Below are positions 11,085 through 21,321 of a stretch of 37,474 bases of DNA, piece after piece. The DNA is taken from assembly GCA_049999805.1 (NCBI GenBank), contig JBNGIO010006317.1, positions 274,182 through 311,655 on the forward strand. The letters run 5' to 3'. The notes beneath the pieces are model-generated. The model saw nothing but the letters and a program-made list of their open reading frames with translations, ran no database searches and was not told where the DNA came from. Source of the stretch: Folioceros fuciformis (lineage: Eukaryota). The position numbers and the translations under genes are program-made. Each line of letters begins with the position of its first letter. Within the stretch, counting starts at the first letter, position 1.

Positions 11085-12200
11085 ATGGCATATCCTGCTG
11101 AGCCAGGGAGAGCAGAGAGGGTGCGCCGCAGGAAGGATAAGGCCCCGCTTACCGAAGCCGTTGTGGAAGAGCCACAGGCAGATCCTCAAGTCGCGAGAAT
11201 GACAGAGGAAGGAACTTCGGAGCAAAGGACCGGTACCACCATAGAGGACCAGCTCCAAAAACTCATGAGGAGACTTGATGCTCTAGATCAAGAGATCAAA
11301 GGAAAACGTAGGCTCATTGAAGAAGAGCCAGAAGAAGTGGAGCCCGAGCCTGAGATCAGTGCTCCTAAGAACTCCAAGAAGTTGAGATTGAGTGTTCCTG
11401 CGCCTAAGAGTTACAAAGGCGAGCGTGACGTAGAGAAAATCAGTTCTTGGTTTTTCTCTTTGGAAGCGTACTTTGAATCATGCGGAGTGCTGCAAGACGA
11501 GTACTTAAAACACGTCACGAACTTCTTGGACGAGTATGCTCTTACTTGGTGGAGGACTTACGTAGAGAACGTAAGGCAAGGCAATCGTAGAGCAACAATC
11601 TTCACATGGGCAGACTTCAAGGAAGCGCTGCAACTCCGTTTCCAACCAGCTAATGCTGCGAGTTTGGCGCGAAGGATGCTCGACAATGTCAAGCATACTG
11701 GAACTTTGCGGGAGTATGTGAGTGAATTCAGTTCTATTGTCTTGCAATGTCCTAAGATGCATGAACAGGACAAACTCCGCAAGTTTACTACTGGACTTAA
11801 GAGATGGGCTCAAAACAGGATTGCATTGACTAATCCTCAGACGTTGCAAGAGGCTATGGCAGCAGCAGATGCCATACCAGACATGTTTGTCCAGGAGGCT
11901 CCAATCTCCAGGGGGAGATATCCTAGATCTCAGGGTAGATCTAGAGGCAGAGGACGAGCCACCACCATTGGGAACAGTGCAACTGTTGAGACTACTGCTA
12001 GAAGCCAGGGTAGAGGTGATAATAGGAGTCGTGGAAGACGACGTGTAGCACCTACCTCTGGTGTATGTTATAGTTGTGGAGAGCAGGGACATTTTGCTAG
12101 AAATTGTCCACATGCAGGAGCTCCCAACTTGAATGTAGTTGCCGCAAATCCATCTGTTCCTAGAGCCAGGATCCAAGAGCTCCCTGAAGAGTCTAGGTGA
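11085..12200 (+). CDS. gag: Retrotransposon Gag (371 aa), uninterrupted
   Basis: Retrotrans_gag-like core (TWADFKEALQLRFQP), RG-rich region and CCHC knuckle CYSCGEQGHFARNC. Confidence 0.92.
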   Translation: MAYPAEPGRAERVRRRKDKAPLTEAVVEEPQADPQVARMTEEGTSEQRTGTTIEDQLQKLMRRLDALDQEIKGKRRLIEEEPEEVEPEPEISAPKNSKKLRLSVPAPKSYKGERDVEKISSWFFSLEAYFESCGVLQDEYLKHVTNFLDEYALTWWRTYVENVRQGNRRATIFTWADFKEALQLRFQPANAASLARRMLDNVKHTGTLREYVSEFSSIVLQCPKMHEQDKLRKFTTGLKRWAQNRIALTNPQTLQEAMAAADAIPDMFVQEAPISRGRYPRSQGRSRGRGRATTIGNSATVETTARSQGRGDNRSRGRRRVAPTSGVCYSCGEQGHFARNCPHAGAPNLNVVAANPSVPRARIQELPEESR

Positions 12201-15200
12201 CGCCAGGGGCCACATGTTGTGAGGACATGTGGTGAGTCATCGAGTGTCAAGGATGACACTATTTCCAGGGAGGGTGGAGACTTGATGTATATATGTGGCA
12301 AGATCAATGGCTTGGATGTTGAGCTATTCTTAGATTCTGCAGCCACCCATAATTTTGTGACTCCACGTAAGGCAAGAGAGCTTGGCCTTGATTGGACTTA
12401 AACTTCCACGCCATATAGAATCAAGCAAGCTAAAGGAACTCTGCAATTTCTGGGTGAATTGCATGGAGTAAAGCTGCAAGTTGATGCGTGGCAAGGAAGT
12501 GTGAGTTTTACAGTTGTGGAGATGGATGACCATGATATCATCCTAGGTCTGGAGTGGTTGAGATCTAATGAAGTGCAAATGGATGTTAAGTCACGCACTA
12601 TCGAGATATCCAGAAAGCACAAAGTGAGTTGTGCTAGCAGTAGCCAGAGGCTTGAGAGCGTATCAGTACAGCTGATTACAAAAAGAGAACTCAAGAAAGA
12701 CCTCAGGAAAAAGAAGGAGTTATACTTGGTTGTACACTCCAAGGACTAAAGGATGGTTTGGAAGAAGATTCCACAGAGGAGAAGGACATCCCAAAAGAAG
12801 TACAAGCTGTACTAGATGAGTTCAAGGACTTAATGCCAGATGAGTTGCCACCATTGCCGTCTCGCAGAGTTGTGGATCATGAAATTGAGTTGAGGCCAGG
12901 GAGTACACCTCCTTCGAGAGCACCATATAGATTGTCACAAGATGAGTTGCAAGAACTCAAGCGACAACTATCCAACCTGTTGGCAAAGGGATATGTCAGA
13001 GTTTCTAAGTCTCCCTTTGGTGCGCCTGTGTTATTCACGCGCAAAAAGAATGGAAGACTTAGATTGTGTCTGGATTACAGAGCTTTGAACCAGATCACAA
13101 TCAAGAATGCATATCCTTTGCCAAGAATGGACGACATGTTTGACAAGTTGAAGGGTGCCAAGTATTTCACCAAGCTAGTCTTGATAGCAGGGTACTATTA
13201 GATCAGGATTGCTGAGGGGCATGAGTACAAAACAACATGCAGAACAAGGTATGGATCTTTTGAGTTCCTTGTCATGCCATTTGGACTTACTAACGCACCT
13301 GCTACATTTTAGACTCTTATGAATACTATATTCATAGATATGGTGGACAAGTGTGTTGTAATCTATCTGGATGACATTTTGATCTACAGTCATACCTTGG
13401 AGGAACATGTTGAACACTTGAGAAAAGTGTTACAGAGACTCAGAGAGAATTCTTTGTTCTTGGCAATCAAGAAGTGTGACTTTATCAAGAGAGAAATTTC
13501 ATTCTTAGATTGCATTGTCTCTGACGAGGGCATCAGGATGGATCCTGATAAAGTTAAGGCCATTCAAGATTGGCAGCCCCCTCGAAATATTCATGAGGTG
13601 CGAAGTTTTATGGGTTTGGCTTCTGTGTACACGAAGTTTGTACATATGTTTGCTAAGATAGCAGCCCCCATAACTGACCTCTTGAAGACAGCAAAAGCTT
13701 GGAAATGGGATGCTGAGTGTCAAGCAGCCTTTGAATGCTTGAAGAAGTTCAACGCGACTCCGGTGTTGGGAATGTATGACCCCAACAGAGATGTGGAAGT
13801 GTTTTGTGATGCCTCAGATGGAGTTTTGATGCAGGACCAAAAGCCGTTAGCTTTTGAGTCAAGGAAGTTGCATCCTTATGAGAGGAAGTATCCCACCTAT
13901 GAGAAGGAAATGACTGCTGTCATCCACTGTCTGAAGGCTTGGAGACACTATCTCTTGGGTAGGTCTTTTGTACTGTATACTGATAATATCAGCACGACGT
14001 ACTTCTCAAACCAGTTGAAGTTGAATGCGAGGCAAGCTAGATGGCAAGATTTCCTAGCTATGTATGACGTGACTTTTAGATATAAACCTGGAAAAGAGAA
14101 TAAGGTTGCAGATGCGCTAAGCCGCAAGCAGAGTCAAGACGTGAAAGCAATGGCAATTGTGATTGAACCTTTGGATGCTCACAAAGAGATAAAAGAAGCT
14201 TATCTGCAAGATCCTGAAGTGTAGGACTGGATGAATGGGGTGGCAGAGAAAGGAAGCAAGTTCAAACTCAGAGATGGTTTGTTGATATACAAACAGAAGA
14301 GAGTTGTGATCCCTAACTCTGTAGGCTTGAAGAGGAAATTGCTTGCTGAGTGTCATGATGTGCCAAGTGCTGGTCACCGTGGAGGTGATTCAACTTATGA
14401 GAAGTTGAGGAGACTGTTCTATTGGCAAGGAATGTATCAAGATACATTGGATTATGTTAAGGCATGTGCTGTTATCCAGCAGGATAAGGTTGAGCAAGCT
14501 AAGCCGAGAGGTTTATTACAGCCCCTACCTATCCCAAGAGGCCCATGGAAAAGTATTTCTATGGACTTCATGATGCCCTTGCCTCCCAGTAATAGATTTA
14601 CAGCTATCATGACAGTGGTGGATAGATTCACCAGACAAGCACACTTCATCCCCACCAAGAAGCGAGTGACCGCTTCTGAGGCAACAAACTTGTTCAAAAA
14701 GTATGTGTACAAGTATCATGGCTTGCCCGTGCAGATTGTGAGCGATAGGGATCCAAGATTCACAGGAGAGTTCTGGCAGCACTTGATGAAGAGTTTGAAT
14801 GTGCAGCTATGCATGAGTACTGCATACCATCCAGATACTGATGGATTAACTGAGCGAGTCAACCAAATCCAAGAAGAATATTTGAGGCACTATGTGCAGA
14901 TTGATCAGAGAGATTGGGCTGATCATCTTGATGATGCGGAGTTTTGTTACAATAACACAGTACATAGCTCCCTGGGATGTAGTCCCTTTGAGATGAGTGG
15001 AAATTCAACTTTGGATGTGGTATCCATACTAAATGCTGAAGTTTTCGACACTACCACTAGAGATCCACGACAATTTGTTGAGCAATTAAAGGCTAGGCAT
15101 GAGGTTGCCCAAAAGATATTAGCCAAGGCTCAAGCACGTCAAAAGAGATATGCTGATAAGCACAGGAGAGAAACTGTCTTCAATGTTGGGGATAAAGTTT

Positions 15201-15611
15201 GGGTGAAACTAAAGCATTTCACACTACCCCAAGGATTGTCTTTAAAGTTGAGACCAAAGTATGGAGGTCCATATGTTGTCTTGAAGCGCATTGGAGAAGT
15301 GGCTTACAAGTTGGACTTGCCTGATTGGATTTTTGCACACAATGTGTTTTCATGTATCTATGTTGAAACCATTTGTGCTAGGCAAAGAGAAAGAGGATAT
15401 GGACAGGAAGAAGTACAGTATCCTGGTGTAGCATGATCAAGGACTGCGGGAGATTGAGGAATTCCTTGCAGAAGGTAGGGTGGCTACGAGACGTGGAACT
15501 CTATCACAATATATGGTAAAGTTGCGTGGGATCTCAACACCAGTTTGGGTAACATTAGAGGATATCCAGAGAGGCTCCTGGATGATTGCTCGTTACACTG
15601 GTTATCACTAA
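12201..15611 (+). pseudogene. pol: Disrupted pol: protease, reverse transcriptase, RNase H, integrase, chromodomain-like tail
   Basis: LDSAATHNF (PR); LCLDYRALN and YLDDILIYS (RT); CDASD and DALSR (RH); SMDF, SDRDPRF, DGLTERVN and GPY (INT); REIEEFLAE...QYMVKLRG...W (chromodomain-like). In-frame stops at 12399, 13199, ~13310, 14222 and ~15428; frameshifts near 12750 and 15350. Confidence 0.95.
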
Positions 15612-15629
15612 GGGCAGTGATTCTTTCCT

Positions 15630-15641
15630 AGTGGAGGAACA
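15630..15641 (+). promoter_or_regulatory. Polypurine tract
   Basis: AGTGGAGGAACA directly abutting the 3' LTR. Confidence 0.7.
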
Positions 15642-16247
15642 AGTAACAACGTTGGTTTGAGTGCCAAGCAAGTAAGCTCCATGCAGAGGCATGTTTAGCA
15701 GAGCAGGTTACTAAGAGCATGATAAGCATGCAGCCCTAGGAAAAGTGTGTAGTAGTGAATAATAGCTTAAGGCTTAAGTAAGTGCTTAAGTAAGTAGTTG
15801 CTAAGTTAGTGACTTGAGCTTGTGTATAAAAGGGGACCTAGCCAAGGGCTAAGGGAAGTTCAATATAGTGGAGTTGAGATCAATATCTCCTCAAAGCCTT
15901 GAGAGCACTGGGTGCTTGGGCTAAGCCTTGAGAGCATGTGTTGCTTGGGCTGTGAGAGCACATGAAAGGTGTTGTGAAGGAGCTGTGGGAGGAGGCCAAG
16001 AGAAGGGAGAGCTAAACTCCTAGCTTAGGCAAAGATGGGGAGTTCTCTCTAGCCCTCCAGCTCTGTATGTTCTTGTTGACTCGTGATTTGAATAAAGAGC
16101 AGCAGCAAGGGTGCTGGCTGCGAGTCCTCCTAGAAGAGGACGGCAGGCTACTTGGAGGCCTAGTGTTGTGTTCGGTGTTTAAAACTGACCCTTTCTTTGG
16201 CTTCTAACTGCGTGGTTTTGCCCCATCCCGTTGAAGGGGGTGTTACT
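15642..16247 (+). repeat. 3' LTR (606 bp), termini AGTAACA...TGTTACT
   Basis: About 18 substitutions counted by eye plus three indels relative to the 5' LTR. Confidence 0.95.
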
Positions 16248-16404
16248 CTTCTGGACTTTTGTTGCCTCTTAGGTTGTTGCCTCCGAGGTTTTTGCCCTTA
16301 ATTCTAGCTTTTTATCCTTAATATATCCTAATTAATTCACTAAAAAACTGCACATGTTATTCGTGCCCCCCTCGGAGAGCGGGAGGGTGAACTTAATAAG
16401 ATGT

Positions 16405-16668
16405 ACTTTTTGTTCGCCACTTTGTAACACATAGATCAAAGAGCTTGTCTATAATTAACCTAACCTCCTATTAATCTAACCTCCTTCAAACACAAGTCAG
16501 ACGCATACTTTCTGTTCAATCACTTTATCAACACAAGATCGAAGGACTTGTTCGTAATTAACCTAACATCCTCCCAACACAAGTCCAATGCACTTTCTGT
16601 TCATCACTTCGTAAGCCTAGCATCAAATGGCTAGTTCATAATTAACTTGACATCCTCCCAACACAAGC
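16405..16668 (+). repeat. Degenerate tandem repeat, 3 copies of ~85-100 bp
   Basis: Recurring CTTT.TGTTC..CACTT...ATC.AA...TTGT...TAATTAAC.T.AC.TCC and AACACAAG blocks. Confidence 0.7.
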
Positions 16669-17830
16669 AAACTCCAACCTTGGAACCCAAAGGGCTCCAA
16701 GTTATTTCCATACGTAATTGGATGTGATTCTGTAAAACTTTCAATACTTTCAAATTAAAGGTTATTAGCTCGCAAAAATTTGTGCATATACATTCTTATA
16801 TGTCCTTCGCTTGTTGTGGAATAGTTCTTGCATGTCCTTTGCTTATTGTGGAATAACGAGATGAAAACCAGCACATCATGATGATTTTTCCAAACTTTTA
16901 AGTTCTAGTTTGGCTTGAGAGCAGTCCAATGCCTTCTGAGTTCTACTTTGTCCAGAGAGTTGAAATCCATGTACCCCTTGATGGGTTTCAATGTCTTTCA
17001 TGCTTAAGGGAACGCTAGGGATGTGATCCATAAAGCACTTAGGCAGAGGCTGAGGTTCCCTATAGGGTCCATGGGCACACTAGTGGACTACAATCATAGC
17101 GCAACACGTAGTCTATGTGGAGCAAAAATAAGGGTCAAGGGTTTCTGCCTACAAAGCTCTATCGACCAAGAGTAAAGAGGATGGCACTTCGGCAATTGGA
17201 AGTTGCGACAACTGCAACTTCAAACGTAGATTAGCGATATTTGGCGAACCTGCCATTGCATGCACCATGGTTGTCACTGTTTGCATCCCATCAGTATGTA
17301 GTGGTTACTATAACATAAATTTGGACTATAATCAAGAGAAATTTGCAAGGGGGATGAAAGTAGCTACTTCTAACTAGAAGGAGTGGATCTATGCTTGCAT
17401 AAATGTCTAATCTCCTACTTTGGCTTACTAATGTTTGGTATTATGGAACAAGGGTTGCATCAAACGCAGCATAACTTTCTTTATTCAATGAGTCCAAACA
17501 TAAGATGAAAAAGTTAAAGTTGCTTTGCTTTATCAAATGTCACCATTTGGTTGTCATGTCAAAAAGGAAGAGGGTAGAGCAAAGCAAAGCCAATTAATAT
17601 ATAGTTAGACCAAGACCAAGACTAAGGTTGTGACACCAAGACTGAGCCAAGCCAACCGAAGAAAGTAGAGCAAGCTTACATTTAGTCAAAGTGAGCAATG
17701 AAGGAGAGCGGACCAAGCCTACATATAATCAAATTGAGCAAAGATCTAAGCAAGAGACAAGAGAGCAAGCTTACATCTAGTCAAAACAAAGGAGTATGAA
17801 ACCAAAGTTTTCAAGTTTCCCAGTCTAAGA

Positions 17831-18302
17831 TGCTTACGGGGAGGATTGCATCCCATTGCATCTACTCTTGCACACCTTTGCATTTGTGCCCATGCCAATT
17901 GTAGTGAAGGGATGCTTATTTTTGGGAACTTTGCTTTGTATCGAGACTTTTATGACACTTGTCGGTGTTGGATGAGGATTCGCTTACCCTTTAAATAATA
18001 ATTGTATTAANNNNNNNNNNTAGCGCGCGTGCGCCTACTACAATCTACTTGCTGTTCATAAACGACAGTCAGGACAGAGCAAAGTTTGAAGGATGTTGGT
18101 GAAAAATGTTTGGAGTGTAAGCTGCTTATAGGGAGGATTGCATCCCATTGCATCTACTCTTGGACACCGTTGCATTTGTGCCTATGCCAATTGTAGTGAA
18201 TTGATGCGTATTTTTAGGAACTCTGCTTTGTATTGAGACTTTTATAACACTTGTCAGGACAGAGCGAAGTTTGAAGGATGTTGGTGAAGAATGTTTGGAG
18301 TG
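17831..18302 (+). repeat. Diverged direct repeats spanning the 18011-18020 gap (apparent unit ~185 bp)
   Basis: 17831-17963 matches 18123-18255; 18068-18117 matches 18253-18302. Copies differ by several substitutions. Confidence 0.8.
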
Positions 18303-19396
18303 AAGTTTGGAGGAAGGACATTTGTGGGGCAAGAATGTACTCACATACATGCATGTATATGTAACTGCTTCATCTATTGGGGGTGTATTGCGGAATTAAG
18401 AAGCTGCCTTGTTTGTGAAGAGTAGAGTTTTGAATAGGGTGCACTGGCAAGGAAGTTGCTAGGAAAACAATGTTCTAGTTCCCTATAATGGCAAATTATT
18501 GTTTACCTTGAATACAAACCATGGTTGCATGCTGCGGTCCCGAATAAGTGACTGCACACTTAGCACTTTTGGTAGATTAAGATAGTGGCACTGGCTCTGA
18601 GTTGACATCATGAAGTCATGGTCATAAAGTCTTGAAGGTTGTCTCAATTGTGTCATAAATCTCTTCATAAATAACGTAAAAATGTAATAGTACATGGTTG
18701 TTGTGTTCTATGACTGACCCATTACAACTTGGTGTCCCGAGTGCAATGGATAGTGTCCTCTACTCTCAAATGGAATAGGCATCGTCTAAAGCTTGTGCAT
18801 CCCTAGCCATTACCTAACCCTCTAGAGCGTGGTGTTCTGAGCATGATGTAAGGTGTCTCCACTCCCAACCTAAATAGGCTTTGTCCAAAGCTTGTGCATC
18901 CCTAGCCAATAAGGCCTTTGTGCTTAAGCACATTCCATGCATGGCAAGTGTGTATTTCATAGTGGAGTCAAACAATAGTGATTATGCTATGGCGACCACT
19001 AAGATGCCAATTAGCTAAGGGTCAGCTATCACCCTTTCATATTTCACTTTACTAGTAATAGTTTATTATGGTAGAAATTAAGTTTTAATAAAACGTGTTA
19101 TTGATTCTTATGTTACTTTTTTTACCTACCTGATATTCACTTTGATAATTTAAAATTATTATGTTATTTAGGTTGACTTTGGATGTAAAGGGGGAGGCAA
19201 GTGAAGCTACTATGTTGGTGCCATTGCCTTGGAACATTTGCTTCTCATTACGTTGGGTCATTTGCTAGCTAGCAAATAATGCCAACGTATAGGGTGACTA
19301 CAGTCATGACGCTGCAACATTTTACTACTGCTGCATCATGAGTTTGGCATTGCTCTCGCTACAATCGCTTGACTATGTTGTTGGATCACCTCAAGG

Positions 19397-19907
19397 TTAG
19401 GTGGATTAATCTTGTTGAGCTTTAGGTAAGGCTAATGAGCCATTAAACTCTTAAGTAGATTAATCCTGCCGAGCTTGAGGTAAGGCTGCAATGTTGTCTA
19501 ATGAGCCATGAAACACTTAGGTAGATTAATCCTGCCAGCTTGAGGTAAGGCTGCAATGTTGTCTAATGAGCCATGAAATGATTAGGTAGATTAATCTTGC
19601 CGAGCTCGAGGTAAGGTTGCAATGTTGTCTAATGAGCCATGAAACGATTAGGTAGATTAATCATGGCGAGCTTGAGGTAAGGCTGCAATGTTGTCTAATG
19701 AGCCATGAAACGATTAGGTAGATTAATCATGGGGAGCTTGAGGTAAGGCTGCAATGTTGTCTAATGAGCCATGAAACGATTAGGTAGATTAATCCTGGCG
19801 AGCTTGAGGTAAGGCTGCAATGTTGTCTAATGAGCCATGAAACGATTAGGTAGATTAATCCTGGCAAGCTTGGGGTAAGGCTGCAACGTTGTCTAATGAG
19901 CCATGAA
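19397..19907 (+). repeat. 66-bp minisatellite, 7 near-identical units plus one shortened unit
   Basis: GATTAATC recurs at 19458, 19524, 19589, 19655, 19721, 19787 and 19853. Unit ~TTAGGTAGATTAATCCTGGCGAGCTTGAGGTAAGGCTGCAATGTTGTCTAATGAGCCATGAAACGA. Confidence 0.97.
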
Positions 19908-20836
19908 GATAGTTATAAGTGCTTGCCCTATCGCCCTCTATATTCATCATGCTATAATTATCGGCTTTGTGGAGGACTACATGGTGGTGGCTTGTCTTGA
20001 AGGACGTGTGTTTGAGTGTAGCTTGCATAACATTGGAGATATGCACACTTGTAGTGACTATAATGTGCCAATGGCTTATGGCTGCAATTGTGTGGGATTT
20101 CGTGGTCACAGAAAAAGAAGTGTGTCTCAGTCCACATCGAATTGGCATGCATGGGAAGTAGTCCATATGGATGCACTTGGACTCACTCCACAATGTGCTA
20201 CACATGCGAGAAATGTAGATAATGCTGAAGATTGTATGTTGGTAGAAAGGATTGTTGAGTCAAAGTGGGATCCATGGAACCTCTACATGTGGGCTGGCCT
20301 TGGGATAGTGCTTTACTAAGTTGCAACCCTCCTCTCCCAATTGCTAGGTACATTGAGCATTGTGCATAGGAATGTGTATCGCCATAGTTTCCTGGTGAGG
20401 TAATGAACCTTGCCTCTCATGTACAATAGGATTAAGCACCTTCATCTTCTACGAATGAGGACAACCTATTTCTTATCCTCGACGTTTGTGCGCTTGTCAC
20501 ATCATGGGGGCTAACGAGCCCATACACTAATTATAGGTAGAACACATGCCTTCCTCTTCACTACATCGTCATTTAGCAACCCACTTCGAGTTGCTATTCT
20601 CTTCGCTCCTTATTTCCGCCTAGTACACTAGAATGCATGGGCCCATTATGTGCTACTCATCACCATGTAGTGCATACAACAAACCCGCTGGCTTGCTCCC
20701 ATGCTTGCACCCACTACCCATGTGTCATATGTTTATTGTCTTGGATAGTTGTCCACTTTTCCAATTGCTCTCAGTTGCTCCCTGCCCCCATTAACACTCT
20801 ATAGTCCATGTGACCTATCTGAATGAATTTCAACAC

Positions 20837-20963
20837 ATGTCTTTGCTTGTGTGAGACCTCCATGTTCACCTTATGTCTTTGCTTGTGCGAGACCTCCATN
20901 NNNNNNNNNGACCTCCATGTTCACCTTATGTCTTTGCTTGTGCGAGACCTCCATGTGCACCTT
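20837..20963 (+). repeat. 36-bp tandem repeat interrupted by a gap (true copy number unknown)
   Basis: ATGTCTTTGCTTGTGCGAGACCTCCATGTTCACCTT units on both sides of the Ns. Confidence 0.85.
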
Positions 20964-21237
20964 GTGCGTCCTTGTGTGAGGCTCCAAACCATATGCTTTG
21001 GGGTCTCCTCTTGCTGCTCGGGATGTGTCATCTTCTCTATAGAGCGACCTAGTCCTAATCGTGGTCTTGGTTTCATAATCCATTCTTTGTTATTGCATCT
21101 TCGCCTCAACGAGGGACCCCTAAAATGGGAGTCAACCACAACTACTATTTACATGGTCTTTTTATTTCATCTCTAATGGATAGAAACCGATCTTTAATAT
21201 CCGTAGATCCAGGTCATGGTACTACGTGTAGATAGTG

Positions 21238-21321
21238 ATACATGATGGTGAAGTCATAAGGTTCAGTCAAAGCCTCCCTAATACATGATGGTGAAGTCAT
21301 AAGGTTCAGTCAAAGCCTCCC
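21238..21321 (+). repeat. Perfect 41-bp direct duplication separated by TA
   Basis: ATACATGATGGTGAAGTCATAAGGTTCAGTCAAAGCCTCCC at 21238-21278 and 21281-21321. Confidence 0.92.

Larger units (their letters stand above)
10437..16247 (+). mobile_element. Full-length Ty3/gypsy LTR retrotransposon, chromovirus, Galadriel-like; pol inactivated
   Basis: Two ~600-bp LTRs, 5-bp TSD CTTCT (10432-10436 and 16248-16252), tRNA-iMet PBS, PPT, and order gag-PR-RT-RH-INT-chromodomain. RH EKEMTAVIHCLKAWRHYLLG and gag KHTGTLREYV resemble the Galadriel clade (clade call from memory). Confidence 0.97.

Noticed and set aside
19397-19907. CRISPR-like or protein-coding (22-aa) repeat
   Set aside because: Units are contiguous with no unique spacers, no cas genes, eukaryotic context; stop codons or a 65-bp unit break every frame.
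19903-20319. 138-aa ATG ORF directly after the minisatellite
   Set aside because: No recognisable domain; lies in repeat-derived sequence.
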